Below the pieces are notes generated by a model. That model had not been told where the DNA came from. It saw nothing but the letters and a program-made list of their open reading frames with translations, and did no database searches. Positions 25,870 through 39,180 of a stretch of 64,000 nt of DNA are shown here, piece by piece. Both the position numbers and the translations under genes were made by a program. The stretch spans positions 1 to 64,000 of the forward strand of contig NW_003314265.1 of the NCBI RefSeq assembly GCF_000143415.4, written 5' to 3'. Source of the stretch: Selaginella moellendorffii (lineage: Eukaryota; Plantae; Lycopodiophyta). Within the stretch, counting starts at the first letter, position 1. Each line of letters opens with the position of its first letter.

Positions 25870-26991
25870 GCCTAGAACTCCCAGCGGTGCTGCCGGGTGG
25901 AGACGCAGTGATTCCTTGACGATGGCTTCGCTGTATGGGAGGTTTGGAAGATCGGACTCTTGCACTGGGCGAGCTCTGCCTACGACGCTGTCCATCTCGT
26001 CTTGAGCCTTGGGCATGACTCGGGGATGGTTTAGGAGCTCTGCCATTGTCCACTCGAGCGTCACTAGTGAAGTTTCCAACCCGCCACAACCATGTCCTGT
26101 GATTGCAACAAGGAAAGAAAGAGGCTTTGACCACGGGCGAGATGGAAGTTGGTAGAACTTACCAGTGCCAGAATGGAGATGTTTGGCAACTGAGAGATAT
26201 AAGAATCATATAAGAACGTCGGTGAAGTCTGGAGGGACGAACGCGTCCCCAGCTTGATCTTTCCTGCGTCGATGCTTGTCGATTTGATCTTCCAACAAGA
26301 GCTTCGGGCGAGGCATGAGCTCCGAGTTGATTTTCTTGTAGACTCCAATTGAAGATCCAGCCGATCTAGTGCCGGAAGCAGGATTCCAACGTTCAAGTAC
26401 AAGCTTAGAGCGGCTATGTTCTCCACCACCTCCAGCCCTCGCTCGCTGAAAAGAATGACGAGGCAAAGCGAATTTGACAAGAGAGTGCTGAAAACCTCTT
26501 GCGGGTTAATCGCTTTCCCGGACTGCTGGAAGATGGACGTGACTGTTTGGTTCATCTCCGACTCGCGGAATCCTGCGCTTTGCCTTGAGCATGTTGTTGC
26601 TAAACAGGTGTGTGCTGCAAATCCTCCGAGGATGAGATCGTTCCAGTTGTGGCTAACGATCCGGACGAACTCGTCGTCGCCGGCTTGCAAACTCGATGAG
26701 AACCTGTGCGGCCGTTTCGTTGTCGTTCACCACTACCAACGGGGCCATTCCGATCTTGAGGTAGATAATCGGCCCATACTTCTTGCTGATCTTTGCAAAG
26801 TAGTGGTGGAGTGGCTCCTCGAGGGAGAAGAGCGCTCCGAAAATGGGGAAAGAGAATGGACCTGGAGGGAGCTCCGACGATCGAATTCTCCCGATGAGAA
26901 GGCAGGGTGTGATCCAGCCGATGCCAAGGACGAGCAAGGCCACACCCAAGTTCATCTCGATCGATGGTCTGGATCTACGAGCCGTCGCCAT
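25870..26991 (-). pseudogene. Cytochrome P450 (CYP71-clan-like) pseudogene, frameshifted and 3'-truncated
   Basis: TM anchor + LPPGPFSFPIFG, KKYGPIIYLKIG, I-helix ([16 protein letters not shown]) and K-helix KESLRLHP. No PERF or heme-binding Cys motif before the SET gene. Confidence 0.85.
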
Positions 26992-27499
26992 ATTATAGAG
27001 GTGCAACTGCACTTGCATCCAGAATTCTCCCGGAATCACGCGGCTGGTATGGAAAAGTAGAGCAACTGGTAGATTTTTCTTTCTAGGCAAAGATCGTTGA
27101 GCAGTTGGAGCAAGACTTGTCGCTGGACGCTGTTTGCCATAAGAAGGTATGCTGCCGTCAACCTGCTGCAGCATCGCGATATGTGTTTAAAATGGTTCTT
27201 CCTTTTAACTTCTTGTATTTATAATTTATAAACTTTCCTAAACACTTTTTAGTATATTCTAGTTTATTTTTCTCTTCAAAAAGAATAACTTTCTTTTATC
27301 CAAAGCCTCCTAGTGAAGCCAGAAATTTGAGAGAACGGAAAGAAGCGTAAATTTAGCATCAGCTATGACGAAAGTGGCCGTATTTCTCCCAAATGGAAGT
27401 CGAATCAAACGCTGGAGAAGGGATTTTGTGGAGGAAAGCGAATCGCAAAATAAAAACTCGTATTGTAATGAGAGCTTTGCATTTTAATATTTTTATTAA

Positions 27500-27572
27500 G
27501 GGGTTGTAGCTCAGATGGGAGAGCGCTCGCTTAGCATGCGAGAGGCACTGGGATCGATACCCAGCATCTCCA
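27500..27572 (+). tRNA. tRNA-Ala (anticodon AGC)
   Basis: GGGGTTGTAGCTCAGATGGGAGAGCGCTCGCTTAGCATGCGAGAGGCACTGGGATCGATACCCAGCATCTCCA: 73 nt with the G3:U70 identity pair and one U5-U68 acceptor mismatch. Confidence 0.9.
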
Positions 27573-27699
27573 AATATATTTGCCAGGTTTTGACTGATGT
27601 TGAGTAACCGTCAAGAGCTTCGGGACTGCGCACCAGCGCTCCAGCCTGAATAGAAGATTGTAAAGGTGGAATCGTTGGGCATAGGCTTGGGTCTACACG

Positions 27700-27930
27700 C
27701 GAAAAGTTTGAGAAGAAAGAGGACGCGATCATCATGAAGATATCAAGACTGTGATCGATATGTACACCCTGGTATTGGAGCTCTTTGACAGGATGAACTC
27801 TCGAAGTTTCATTGCTGCTATGCGCTGCTCAAGCCGAGGAGTGGAGGTCAGTGCCAAGAGGCCACTACAACGCCGAATGTGTTCGTAGGGAATGGTCTCG
27901 TGGATCTATCTGAAGCATGCTCGGGTTTTT
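27700..27930 (+). pseudogene. Pentatricopeptide repeat (PLS-type) gene remnant
   Basis: LELFDRM, SFIAAMRCS and NVFVGNGLVDL resemble PPR consensus pieces, but there is no continuous ORF. Confidence 0.4.
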
Positions 27931-28262
27931 ATATGAACCGATGCCACGAAAGAACGATGGATCCTTTCTAGGTGATCGAAATGGAGGGCGTCCATTTCCA
28001 CAAAGCTCCATCATGGCGTGTTACATCATTTATCCTCTCACCCAGATTACCTTCCATAGCATGTGGAATTCTAAGGTTGTGAAGCTCTTGATTTTATGCT
28101 TGCCCTAACATCCGTTGGATTGAGAAATATCCTCAAGTTTCCTCTCCAACCAGTACTTCAATCACTTACGCTTAAATGTATTCCTCCATAGTATTAACAA
28201 CAAATCGCCTGTGAGATAGTTTTACACAAATAAAAATTGTCTCTCTTCTCCAAACCGTGCTT

Positions 28263-31200
28263 TCACATAAAGTACGTCAGTGTCGCCTTCTTCCGAGTGC
28301 CCCCTTCACCGTACTGCTCGTTCCATTGCTGCAACTCTCCCATGATACCAGCATCCGAGGACACGCTTGATCGAACCTGTGACGAAGAAAGCTCTTGAAA
28401 ACCATTCCAAATCGAAACCTTCTCACCTTCTCCATTGCGTGCCGCATGTCAGCCATTGAGATTGGACGAATGTAGGGCGTGACTCCGGTTGGAGCTGCCG
28501 GCTTCTCAACCCCTTGGGCTTTCGCTTTCTCCATCTCCTGCAACCAAACAATCCCTTTTAGCGCGAGCTTGCTCTAAACACCACTTACCTTCTTTTCTTG
28601 TTCCAAGAGTTCTCGTATCCGGATGTAGGCCGCCGTTGTGCACAGATTCTACACGCCAAAGGAAACAACTCAAATTCCTGACAAACTTTGATTTAGACTA
28701 CGAGCTCACTTTCAAATCGCTCCCGGAATACCCATCTGCCGCCGCTGCCACTTCCTCCATGTTAAAATCGGGGGAAAGATCCTCGTCACTAAGTATAACT
28801 TTGAGAATTTTCGCACGGTTCTCGGCATCAGGAACATCAATCATCAACCTGAAAAAAATCGTCAAGCCGATGTTTACAATTGTATTAGATTTACCTTCGC
28901 GGAAATCTCCGTATGACAGCTTCATCCAGATCGAATGGACGATTTGTTGCTGCCAGTACAATGACCCTTTCCTTCTCACGCGTTCTTAATCCGTCCCAGC
29001 TAGCCATGAATTCGTTCTTCAGCTTCCGCATGGCTGAATGCTCGTGGTCTTTACCTCTTCTACCCAACATGCTATCAACCTGTAGAGAAACATACATCAA
29101 ATGTAACAAACATCCGATTGCATACCTCGTCAATGAACACCACGCTTGGCGAGATTTTGCTGGCCAAAGTAAATACTGCCTTGACATATTTCTCCGCCTC
29201 ACCAAACCACTGCGAAGAAAGAAAACGGTAAACTTGAACACTATCACGTGGTAAGTGCTTACTTTAGATGCAATTGTGGACATTGAAATATTGATGAAAT
29301 TTGCACCAGCCTCTGTAGCAACCGCCTTAGCAAGCATGGTCTTACCAGTTCCTGGAGGACCAAATAAGAGTAGGCCCCTACAAGGCTGCCATATAGATTC
29401 GTTAGACAAAGAAAAAAAGCAAATAACAAACACACAGACCTTCGTAAGTTGGCCTTTGACGAATAACTCTGGCCGTTGTAATGGAAGCATCACCAGCTCG
29501 CGTAGGGTCTCTTTCACATTATCCAAAGCACCAATGTGATCAAAAGTTACTCTAATCTCATCTGGTGGTATGACTTCGGGCAGTAAAATCTTTTCGAACT
29601 CATTGTCACAAACTACATCCTGCAACCCACTATCAGACAATGTCCCCAAGAAAATCGGGCTTGCCTTGAGAGTCTTTTTACGCTGAGTAGACCCTCTTTG
29701 AATTGCTTGGAGCTCTGCTAGACTATGCTCCAAACTGAAGCACCCATTCAAATACGTGACCAAAAGTACGAGGTTTTATGAAAACATACCTCTCCGCTTT
29801 GATGACGATCTTGCCGTTTCGATGTAGAGGCTCTACATGATGCTGTAAATGATGGCTAATCCCCCATCCGACCACCTTCTCGGCCACTGTAACAAGACAT
29901 ACAAATTACATTAAAGAATTGACAAGGGCTACCGCTTACTATCATGTGTCAATAAATGAGTCTGGATGTTGATTGTTGACAAGTCGTTGCACTCAACATT
30001 GGATGTGGACATAATCTGGACACATCAATTTAAAATGTGAGTAATCTAGATCGGGAGCAACATTACACACAATTCGCAGAAGTTGTCTGTTCGCTTCCGC
30101 TTTCAGCCTCTCCGTATCCTGTTCGAGTTGACGATTCCACACGAGTAACATATTTTCATCCTGATCATAAGCTGTTAGTCGGAATATTCGTACACGTTTC
30201 TTCATTACCTGTGGTTGCTGCACATATATTTTACTAGGAAACAGTTTAGCAAGCATCCTAGAGCATTTGGAACCATCTGGTTTATAGTCTTCAGCTCGCG
30301 TAGAAAGATGATCCTGCATGTTCCCTGTCAGTAGGTTTGAAATTACGGCCACGAATCGGAGGGCTCACCAGTAAAGACATATCGAGGAACGCCGTAAAAT
30401 TGTTACCCATCTTGGAATTCGAATGATATGAACCAGAGCTCCCCTGCTTGTTTATAAAATTTTAAGAAAGCGTCCGTAATTGGTATAACTCATAAGTACC
30501 TTGTCCTTATGGTGGTCAGATGTGTGAGATCCAATGATTACAAGCTTCACATCGGCCTTTTCCAATCTTTCCAGCTTCATGTACCGCTCAAAGTTCCCCA
30601 TTATAGATTTTTCCACGTTTTTAATAAGTAAAATCAACGGCACTTTAGAAGCTTCCGAAACCAGAACCTGGCCAAAAAACAAACTCCTCAGAACCCATTG
30701 TAGATAGATAATTCACGCCGTACCTCAATTAAAGAGTCGAGTATCAGCTTATCTACGTCCTCTCCAGAAGAATGTTCCAACCGAAGCTCTGAAACTGCAC
30801 GAGAGATTCGTTGCCAGCTGTCAAGCAAGCAACAAAATAATCCTGAGCAGAACTAGACTCATGCTTCTAAGTATTGCAGCTATACAAAAGACTCTTGGGA
30901 TTAACATACTAGGCGGAAATGCCTCATACCGCTGCAAAAGTAGCCGTGTCCATCCTCGCATAGATCTACCAGATTGTTGCCACCGTAAACTGGTTTATCG
31001 AACCGCACGCCAACCTTGCTTGGATTGTCTTCGAGTACTAGCAGCACACGTCCTCTCGCCCCAATGGACGGTCCTTTGCTTCTTTACAATACACAAACGT
31101 CAGCATTATAGCAGAGAGCACAGGTGGCTTACCCGTTCGAGCTTCCACTGACTAAAACAGCTAGGCCGGAAGGAGTTGCAGGACACGTAGGGCCAGCGAA

Positions 31201-32347
31201 CTTTACTCGATCGCCTTCACAATATACACGCTATAGAATTATGCGGAACAAACGCGATAGAAATTACCTTTCTTCAACGCTCGTCGTGATGATTCTACCA
31301 CTTGTGTCGTTGCCCCTCCCGCGCTCATTAGTGATGTCGCCAAATCCTTTGCCTGATCTTTCGATCTAGAACTCGGTAAAGGTAGCTCGACTGCCTCGGA
31401 GGTTTTGGTTCTCGTGGGTGAGCTAACTGATTTCGGTGGCTTGCTGTTCTCTTGGGGTACAGTATCGAGTATAGATGGCGGAGCCACGCCGTTGACACCA
31501 TCCTGCAGCACCTGACAAGAATAAACACCATGAAAAATTACACGAACAGAAGAACAGCGAACCTCTTTCGTATCCACATTTTCACCATCTACAATTTGAA
31601 TGGTCACCTCATCACTTTCCACGGTCTCCTCCGAGACGCTTACGGGCTCCGGCGTCAGTTCGTTAGCCTGTGAACAAACTTTCTATGATAGCGCTGCTAA
31701 AATTGATGGTACCTCCAAACAAATGCTGGCACTGTCGAAGATAAGCAGGTTCACCTGGAGCTTCTGAGCCAAAGCCTTGACAAGTGTTTCTTGAAAGATT
31801 TCCGAGCCTGGCATGCAATTGAATTAAGTGAAAGTGAAACCAACACGCAAAGACCTAAACCACGAACCTGGAGGTCCTGTCAACAGTATCCGGGGGCTCA
31901 CAGACGCTAGCTCCGACGTGAATTTCACAAACTCCGGTCTCTTTAGATAGACGTAGAGTGAATCCAGCAACGCTGTCTTGGTACTCTCACTGTAAGCAGC
32001 ACGCATGAGAAGGAAAAACAGAGAAGAAGACCGAGGGCTCACTTGAGAAAGTATGGAAAATTGTCGAGCTCGACGTCGATATCCTTCCACTCGGCAATTG
32101 ACTTGCGAATGGCGTCCCTGTAAGCCTTGCCCTCTTTGGGCTTCCCAGACAATCTCTTCACCTTGTCCGACTTGTAGCGATGCCGATGCTCACGCAGCTC
32201 CCTCTTCCGCTTAGATCTCAGGGCGGCGAAGGCGGCCCCAAAGAGATACGGGAACGTCGTAGCCGTCATGGCCGCTGCTGTCCCCGCTGCGAAGCCGCCC
32301 GCGACAGCCAGCGCCAGCAAAAGAGCTCGATCCCTACCCGATTCCAT
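28263..32347 (-). CDS. AAA+ ATPase (MSP1/ATAD1-spastin-like, long plant type) with hydrophobic N-terminal segment, multi-exon
   Basis: [64 protein letters not shown] and [13 protein letters not shown] stop. Confidence 0.92.
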
Positions 32348-32704
32348 GCTCGAAGCCACAAAATTTCAGCCAAGCGCGCGACGATCCGCTACGCATTCCC
32401 TGCTCGCCATGCCGGAGATGGATACATTCCCGCAGCTCCGTCCCCCCCGGCGCCCTACTCAAACCCTCCTCTCTCGCTAAAACATTAATAAGCTAAAGCC
32501 CATGGAAAAGAAGGGCGAGATTAGAGCCGTCGGATGAAGCTCACCGCAACAACGGCCGCGATTAATCACGGTTTGGCGCTTCATTTCTCCGTCGGATGGA
32601 CGGTATCGTACGGCTGACAGAAAAGACAAGAACAAGGCTAGGGCTTTTTTTTTTTTACAGCACGTGTTTGTGATGTGAAAAGAGTGATGATTTGGAAGTT
32701 CTTT

Positions 32705-33438
32705 CTATCGATGATCGAGTGATCGAGTGTTTCTCTCGGCTGGGATGGGATTCATAGCTTTGATGGCTAATCGATAGCATTCTCTCCAAAATTCTACGCT
32801 GCTACTCGTCTCATCATCTAGATTGGTGAGCTCCTCTGCGAGCTCCACGCCCGAATCCGAGCTGGGATTGGAATTACCCGATGGAGTGTCGGGGCGTCCA
32901 GCGCTCGCGGTCGAGGAATCCGTGGCAGCAGCAGCAGCAGCAGCAGCTAGGGGCAATTGCAGTGGCGCTTGGAATTTGCGCTTCTTGCTCTGGCTCTTCC
33001 GCAGGATCGAATACCAGAAGTTCTTGACATCGTTGTCTGTTCTTCCGGGGAGCGCGGCGGCAATCACGGCCCACCTGTAAAAGCAAGCAACATCCATTCC
33101 ATTTGCCATGCGCAAGCGTTAAAATCTCTGTACCTGTTGCCCATCAGCGAGCGTAGCTCCACAATCTTCTTCTTCTCGTCCGCGGTGAAAGGATCCTTGC
33201 GAAGATCTGGCCGGAGGTAATTCCTCCACCGTAGCCGGCAGCTCTTCCCGCAACGCTGGAGCCCTGATCACCAAGAAAGGTGGCTTGAGAACCAGAAAAA
33301 AAGCTATGGATATCGATTACCCGTCTCGTTTGGCACGCTACTCCAAAATGTAATTCCTTTGGTGATAACATAGTCGAGAAGTATAGAGTCTTCCTCAGGT
33401 GACCACAAGACTTTCCTCTTCTCCTTGTGTCTTGCCAT
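32705..33438 (-). CDS. R2R3-MYB transcription factor, 3 exons
   Basis: [32 protein letters not shown] and [20 protein letters not shown], with canonical intron positions. Confidence 0.92.
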
Positions 33439-34299
33439 TTCGTGATCAACCAAATTGATAATGTGTGGATTTATACCCACCATTGCCCTTCTTGCCCAGC
33501 ACGTGGGAACCACACGGTTTTTTGTTGAGTCGTCCTTTCTTCTCGAGCAAAAAAACACGTGTTGTTTACATGAGTTTTACATTACTGAGTTGCAAGAAAA
33601 TTTAGAAAACACGACTGTCAGAACAACATATAAATAGATAGATAGATTAGTATGGCGTGCAATTCATGAAAAAGTGAGTGTTACTGTTGCAAATTTCACT
33701 CACAATACATTGTCCATATGGCAATTTTCTATTGGTTCGGCATTAAATGTCATTTGGATGCCTCATGAATACCCCATGGCCTGATAAGTCAATGATGTCC
33801 CTATAATATGAACAATGTGCTATATATAGACCACATATCATCAAGTTTGACCCCATGACATAAGGATTCATTAGGTCATAGGGTTTAAGAGATGCTTTCT
33901 TGCTTGAGCACCCTGCTTTAGTGCTCTATTATTTGGCATGTTTCTTGGTAGTAGATATAAAAAGTAACTTAGTTTGCTAGTGATTGGTTTCAAATGTTTT
34001 TGTGGGCAGTGTTAGAAGTGGCTTTGATTTATTATTAGATTGCTCTCTATAAACTTTCAAGTTCCTACCATAAGTATAGTTCCCTCCTTAGTTTACTTCA
34101 AATTTGTGTCACTGAAACTTTTTTTTTTAGGTTTACTGGAAGACGTGGAAGAAGATGAAGTGGATGGCCTTCCATCCAATTTTAATGATTTGGACTATAG
34201 TTCAAGTGTGGATAGTGACAATAATGCTCTCCCAAAGGTTTGCTTAGTTTCCAGCCTCCTAAATTCATGATTTGCATGTTTCTAGGCCTTTCATAATTT

Positions 34300-35275
34300 T
34301 TTGCGATCAATGGGATTTAGTAGTCTAGCCACATTTGGCACCTAGATGCACATGAAAATCCTCAAGACTAAGACTATTGCTTATCCCACATGCTATTTTA
34401 GAATTTCCAAGCCAACACTATACAAATACATGCAACTTGTTGATCCAAATTGGAGAGGTGTATTGGAAGAGGTATTTCATCACGTTCGAACTAACAATGC
34501 CCTAAATCAAAGTGGCACAAATTGGGGGATTATCAATTCCTGATCTAGCTGTCGAACTGGAGGATACCGGTTTAGCCGACGCCAAATTGGTGAGGCCTTA
34601 GCCACTCACGATCCGACTAGGTTAGAACAAAGGCACATAATAAAGATTTGATGATAGATTTACAAGAACAAGGAGGTTTATGCACTTTGCCATATGGATT
34701 ATGAATATTCTTTCATTTTTGCTTTTTAGTCAGCATATGTGGTAACATGTTTATTGTAGTATATTGCAAGCTTGTAAGCTATGGTTTCTATGTACATGTC
34801 ATTATTTGCAGGGCAACTCATTATATTGTAGCTTGCAAGCTAACTACCTCCAAAGAATCCCATGCAATATTCAACACATATGCGTAAATTGTTCGTCGAT
34901 TTGGAAGGCCTAAGCGCATTCGGACAATGCTCTAAAGCACAATAAGGTTGAAAGGGACATAGTCTACTGTTGGGGTCTTGCAACTAGGAGCTTCATATGT
35001 GAGACATCAACACGTAACTAGGTACTCACAACATTAAAGTTTTTTCGAATAAGGACTAAATCAAATTTGTTTTGCAACACATAAAGTGTTTGTGGAGAGA
35101 GCTCTTTGAGCACGTGGTGTGGTTTTATAAGCACATTTTTTGAGTCCATGGAAGATATAGAAATTCTTGATGGCACAACTAATTCATGGCACAACTAAAG
35201 TCTATGTTGTGTTTTTGCTCTGTACCTCAAGAAGAATATTTCAGTTGCAACTTGGAACCTCCATGACGTCTGTCT
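34300..35275 (+). pseudogene. Decayed rve/IS3-type DDE transposase with introns
   Basis: EALATHDP, YKNKEVYALCHMD (first D at 34697), KLVSYGFYVH, ATHYIVACK..IVRRFGRPKRIRT, SFICETSTRN|HIKCLWRELF..FYKHIF.SMED..ILD and WNLH follow the order of the W-H-x-D / R-x-R-x-D / HNQRIERLW integrase-core motifs. Confidence 0.75.
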
Positions 35276-38249
35276 ATTCAATGTGGTGATTACTTCAGAG
35301 TATCTCATGTTCCTGCAAACTTATTTCAACAGATGGAATGAGAGATTGGGTAAGAATTTTGGTAATGTTATAGAATTTTTTATAAATTGTGTTTTTGTAG
35401 GATTATGCCGGCTGTTGGTGGAAAAAAATATTGAAGACCTTCTTGGACCATTTCTCTCCAATGTCAAAAGTGCAACTCTATCAGAGGTAATTTTTAGAGC
35501 AAGAATATAATAATTTCTTTTAATCTATTTTGTTATGCTTAGTTACCTTATAGGCTTTTGACACTGTTTGAAACCAAGCATTTTTAATACATTGGGAGGG
35601 ACTCAACTTGGACAAGCAATATCTACTTCATTTAGATTTAACAATGGAATGTGCAATCGCTAATGTTGTGAGTGTAAATCTACCACTTTACATCAAGAGT
35701 GTTTTACCTATAGCAACACCAATGAAGCGATGAGCTTTTGAAAAATTATACTTGGCTATACTCAGAGAAAACTAAGTGTTCTTTAGTGTACATTTCAAAT
35801 TTAAATTCAATTTTTAATTTCCTCAATTTAAAGGTTCCCATGTTCAGGATTAGAGTTTACACCAACCATATTAATTGTGCCTTGGATATGGGCAATTTCA
35901 TTTTATGACATAATTTTGTCGATGGTTTGTTCATTCTTCCAATTGATTCGTATTATCTAACTAAAGGCAAGGCTTCTAGTGCACATTCCCCCGATTGCAA
36001 AACCACCGCGAAGCAAGAGCACCACAACTGCGATAGTGGGTAGCTTCTCCTCGATTAGGTTTGCATAAACAATCCTTTGTGGTTTGTAAGCTCGAAGCAA
36101 GAACACCACATGCCTTAACAGTAGTACACACTATGCAAGAAACACCTCACGAGCACACACCCAAGAACTCGATGTTCTACAATCGGTACAGCCAACAATT
36201 CCACAAGACACACGCCAGCCACTTGATTTCCAAGCTCTGCAGCAGGGACATTAACTCCAACAACATCCCATCCACAGCTCCTGACTGCATTTGAGCAAGT
36301 AGAGTGCTACCTAACATTGCATACACTACAATATATGCAAAACCTCTAGCATGTTTCATTTTCCTTGCCTTCCCTGGAAAGCAACAACCTGAGCATTCAA
36401 AATGAGGAAGTTTGGATGCCTTATGCTCATGGTGTTGTCCAATCTGGAACGTTGCCACCAACACCAACTACAAGACATACTCACGAAAGCCCATATAGTG
36501 CCATTGCTACCAGCCCCGCAAATCCACCAGCCGCTACAACTCTCACAACTCCATCTACTAGTACAAGTGCCAGTACCTAACCATCTACCTCATGAAGTAA
36601 CCAAGCGGTCCAGCTTAGTAAGTTTTTCATTTGTACCTATCTTTTTTCCATATGTTTTTTTGCGTAGGGTTGACAATGCTGCCACACCAACGAGCTTATA
36701 GTTCCCTATTAGTATTCCACAACTACTCCCAAGGATCGACATCGTCATCTAGTGCAGCTTCGACATCCAGATATATTCAAATTGACCCTCAAGGTGGGCT
36801 ACCATATGAGCCACAGGTATAACATGACCCCATGCACTCTTCAAAATTTTTTTTCTTTAGATTTGTTTGACTTATTGTCATTTCACTATGCTATGGTTAC
36901 AATGCACACCTATGCTAATAACAATCAGTAGTCTTTATCTTGTCGTCGTGGACATCATGGCAGTCGATCCAAAGTCATTGGTTGGATGTCATTTATGACA
37001 CCTTTGGTCCCCTGGCCGTTCACCACAGTTCTTGTCACCAAGTGGATTGCAATCTTGAAAACTTAGCATGTACACTTGTATAGGCGGAAAAGAGAGCCAT
37101 CTATGAAGGTGATAGAACTTGACGAGCTAGCAATGGACCTCCCAAAGTGTCTGATATGGGGTGGCTTATACTCCAGTATTCCTTTCCAACCCGACACGGC
37201 TCAACATGTGATTCTACTATCACTCTAAGCCTCAAGAATCTAACTTTCATCCATGACCAACCTAGGAGCATTTATCTGGTGTGCAAGGTAGTCCAATGGT
37301 GGTGAGGCCCATGCTAAGTCTGCAAAATTTAGCCTCAGCTTTATTCAGCTTTGCTACTAGCCTCCTCAAACATCATGGGGAGCTATAGCAAACAAGGCTA
37401 ATGACAACTGGGTAATAGTAATATACTTATACAATATTATGGAGCATTTTACTGACAAACATTGGCTAAATTATCAAAAGCAAACCTGAGCACTCGATAA
37501 GAAGGATATTCGTGAACGTAAGTCATTATTTTTTTAAAGTTCCCTCCTCACAAATATATGTTTGGTTTTTGCAGTTGTAGTTGCTACAAATACCTTAACT
37601 ACAAATGATGATCCCTTGGTGATAGAGCCATTTCTCCCGAGGCTAGCCATGTAGGAACCAAACCAAGACGAAAATAATGAAGACGAAGACTTTGCAGATG
37701 AAAAAGACATTCTTCCATTACCAAAAGAAACTTTCCCCACACAAGACAACATCATTGGAAGGATTGGGGGAGTGTTCTCTTTAAGCTTAGTTTTTCAAAA
37801 GCATAGTATGAGGATGTCTTTTGTGATAACACAATCCAGTAGCTCTTTGTTGAAGGAAGTATTAATATGCCTTCTTCAATTGTTGAGTCCACAATAACAT
37901 GGTTCATTGAGAAAAGGTACATGTATCTATTTCTTAGCACTTAGTACCATTTAATTATTTTGTGCAGAAACCTACGTAGGAATTGGGTAGCTGCACAACA
38001 ATTGAGAGAACTATTTGACACTGCTAAAACACTGTATTGTAAGTTCTTTTGTTTTTGCATTGAAAAGGCCATGCTTTGGCCATACAGACTTACTCGTACA
38101 TGTTTGAGGTCGTCTTGCATTCTAGTAAGCAATGAATTGCCTATGAATTGGAGTTCCCTCACTTGTCCTTCCAGATTGCACTAAACAATGAATTCAATTG
38201 TTTCCAATTCACCTTCAATACTAATCTCCACATATCAAATTACAAAGTG

Positions 38250-39180
38250 GTCTATGCATCTAAAATTAGAGGAGCTTTGGTGTGGGAGGAAGCCACAATA
38301 GATGTGGGTGGGCCACATGCAAAAGCCATTAAGGAGGTTGTTTGCCAGATTTCAAGATCGGTAAGTTTAATTTTCATTTGGCTCACTAGAGTAATTTTGT
38401 GTTATAAACGCATGGACTGTTTGTGTTTAGGGAAGGAGTCATGTATTGGCATCCTAGGATGCCAGTGCATTCTAGGATGTTACAACAAAAAGCATAGAAT
38501 GTGGTAAGTTAAGTTTAAAGCACAAGTTTTATATACTCCTCATTTCTATATGCATAGGCTATCTTTGTGGGCTAGTTGCTATTCCAAGCATTTAAATGTA
38601 ATGCATAAGTATCTCGTGGGTGTATAATTGCAACATTAACAATTGTAGCCAGAGAGGTTCTAAACAAAAATGACTGATGACTTGCCCTAGGAAGACTATA
38701 TAAGATGGACCTTAAGGCATGTGTGCCACATATCTAAAATGCACTCAATCAATTGTGATGTGCATCAAGCCTAAAGGAGGAGGGTGATTGACACAAGTCT
38801 GTGGATTCCATCTTAACGAATTTTGCAATTACCAACTACAATGCAGTGCTTGAGTCTAGACTCACCAAACTTGGTGAAGGTTATGAGCAGGCTGTGGAGG
38901 CATGCATGGCTGCAGTGGTCTAGTATTACCTATTCATTGAACCAAACATAGTGGGAGACTTACTTTGAGATGGCTTCCAACACTCAATGCGTATGGAAGC
39001 TTATTAGAGGCTTTACAAGAGTCTAGCATTGCTAGGTGGGCTTTCACTCATTGGGATAGATGCTTTATTACAAATCGTTCGGGTAAGGATGATCATTCTT
39101 CCCACAGAGTTCATCAATTGTCTAATCTTTGATAAGGACTTTGGAGAGAACTTCCACAACTGGATTGTGGACATCATCTG
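38250..39180 (+). pseudogene. Possible decayed HECT-like domain within the transposon
   Basis: EE.TIDVGGP (cf. GE.GID.GG), GYLCGLVA, LTKLGEGYE, KLIRGFT and ILPT occur in HECT order. Very degenerate, and the catalytic Cys was not identified. Confidence 0.35.

Noticed and set aside
24769-26079. 436-aa minus-strand ORF that looks like a P450 fusion
   Set aside because: Only the first ~70 aa are P450. The rest is the stop-free antisense shadow of the GC-rich SET gene.
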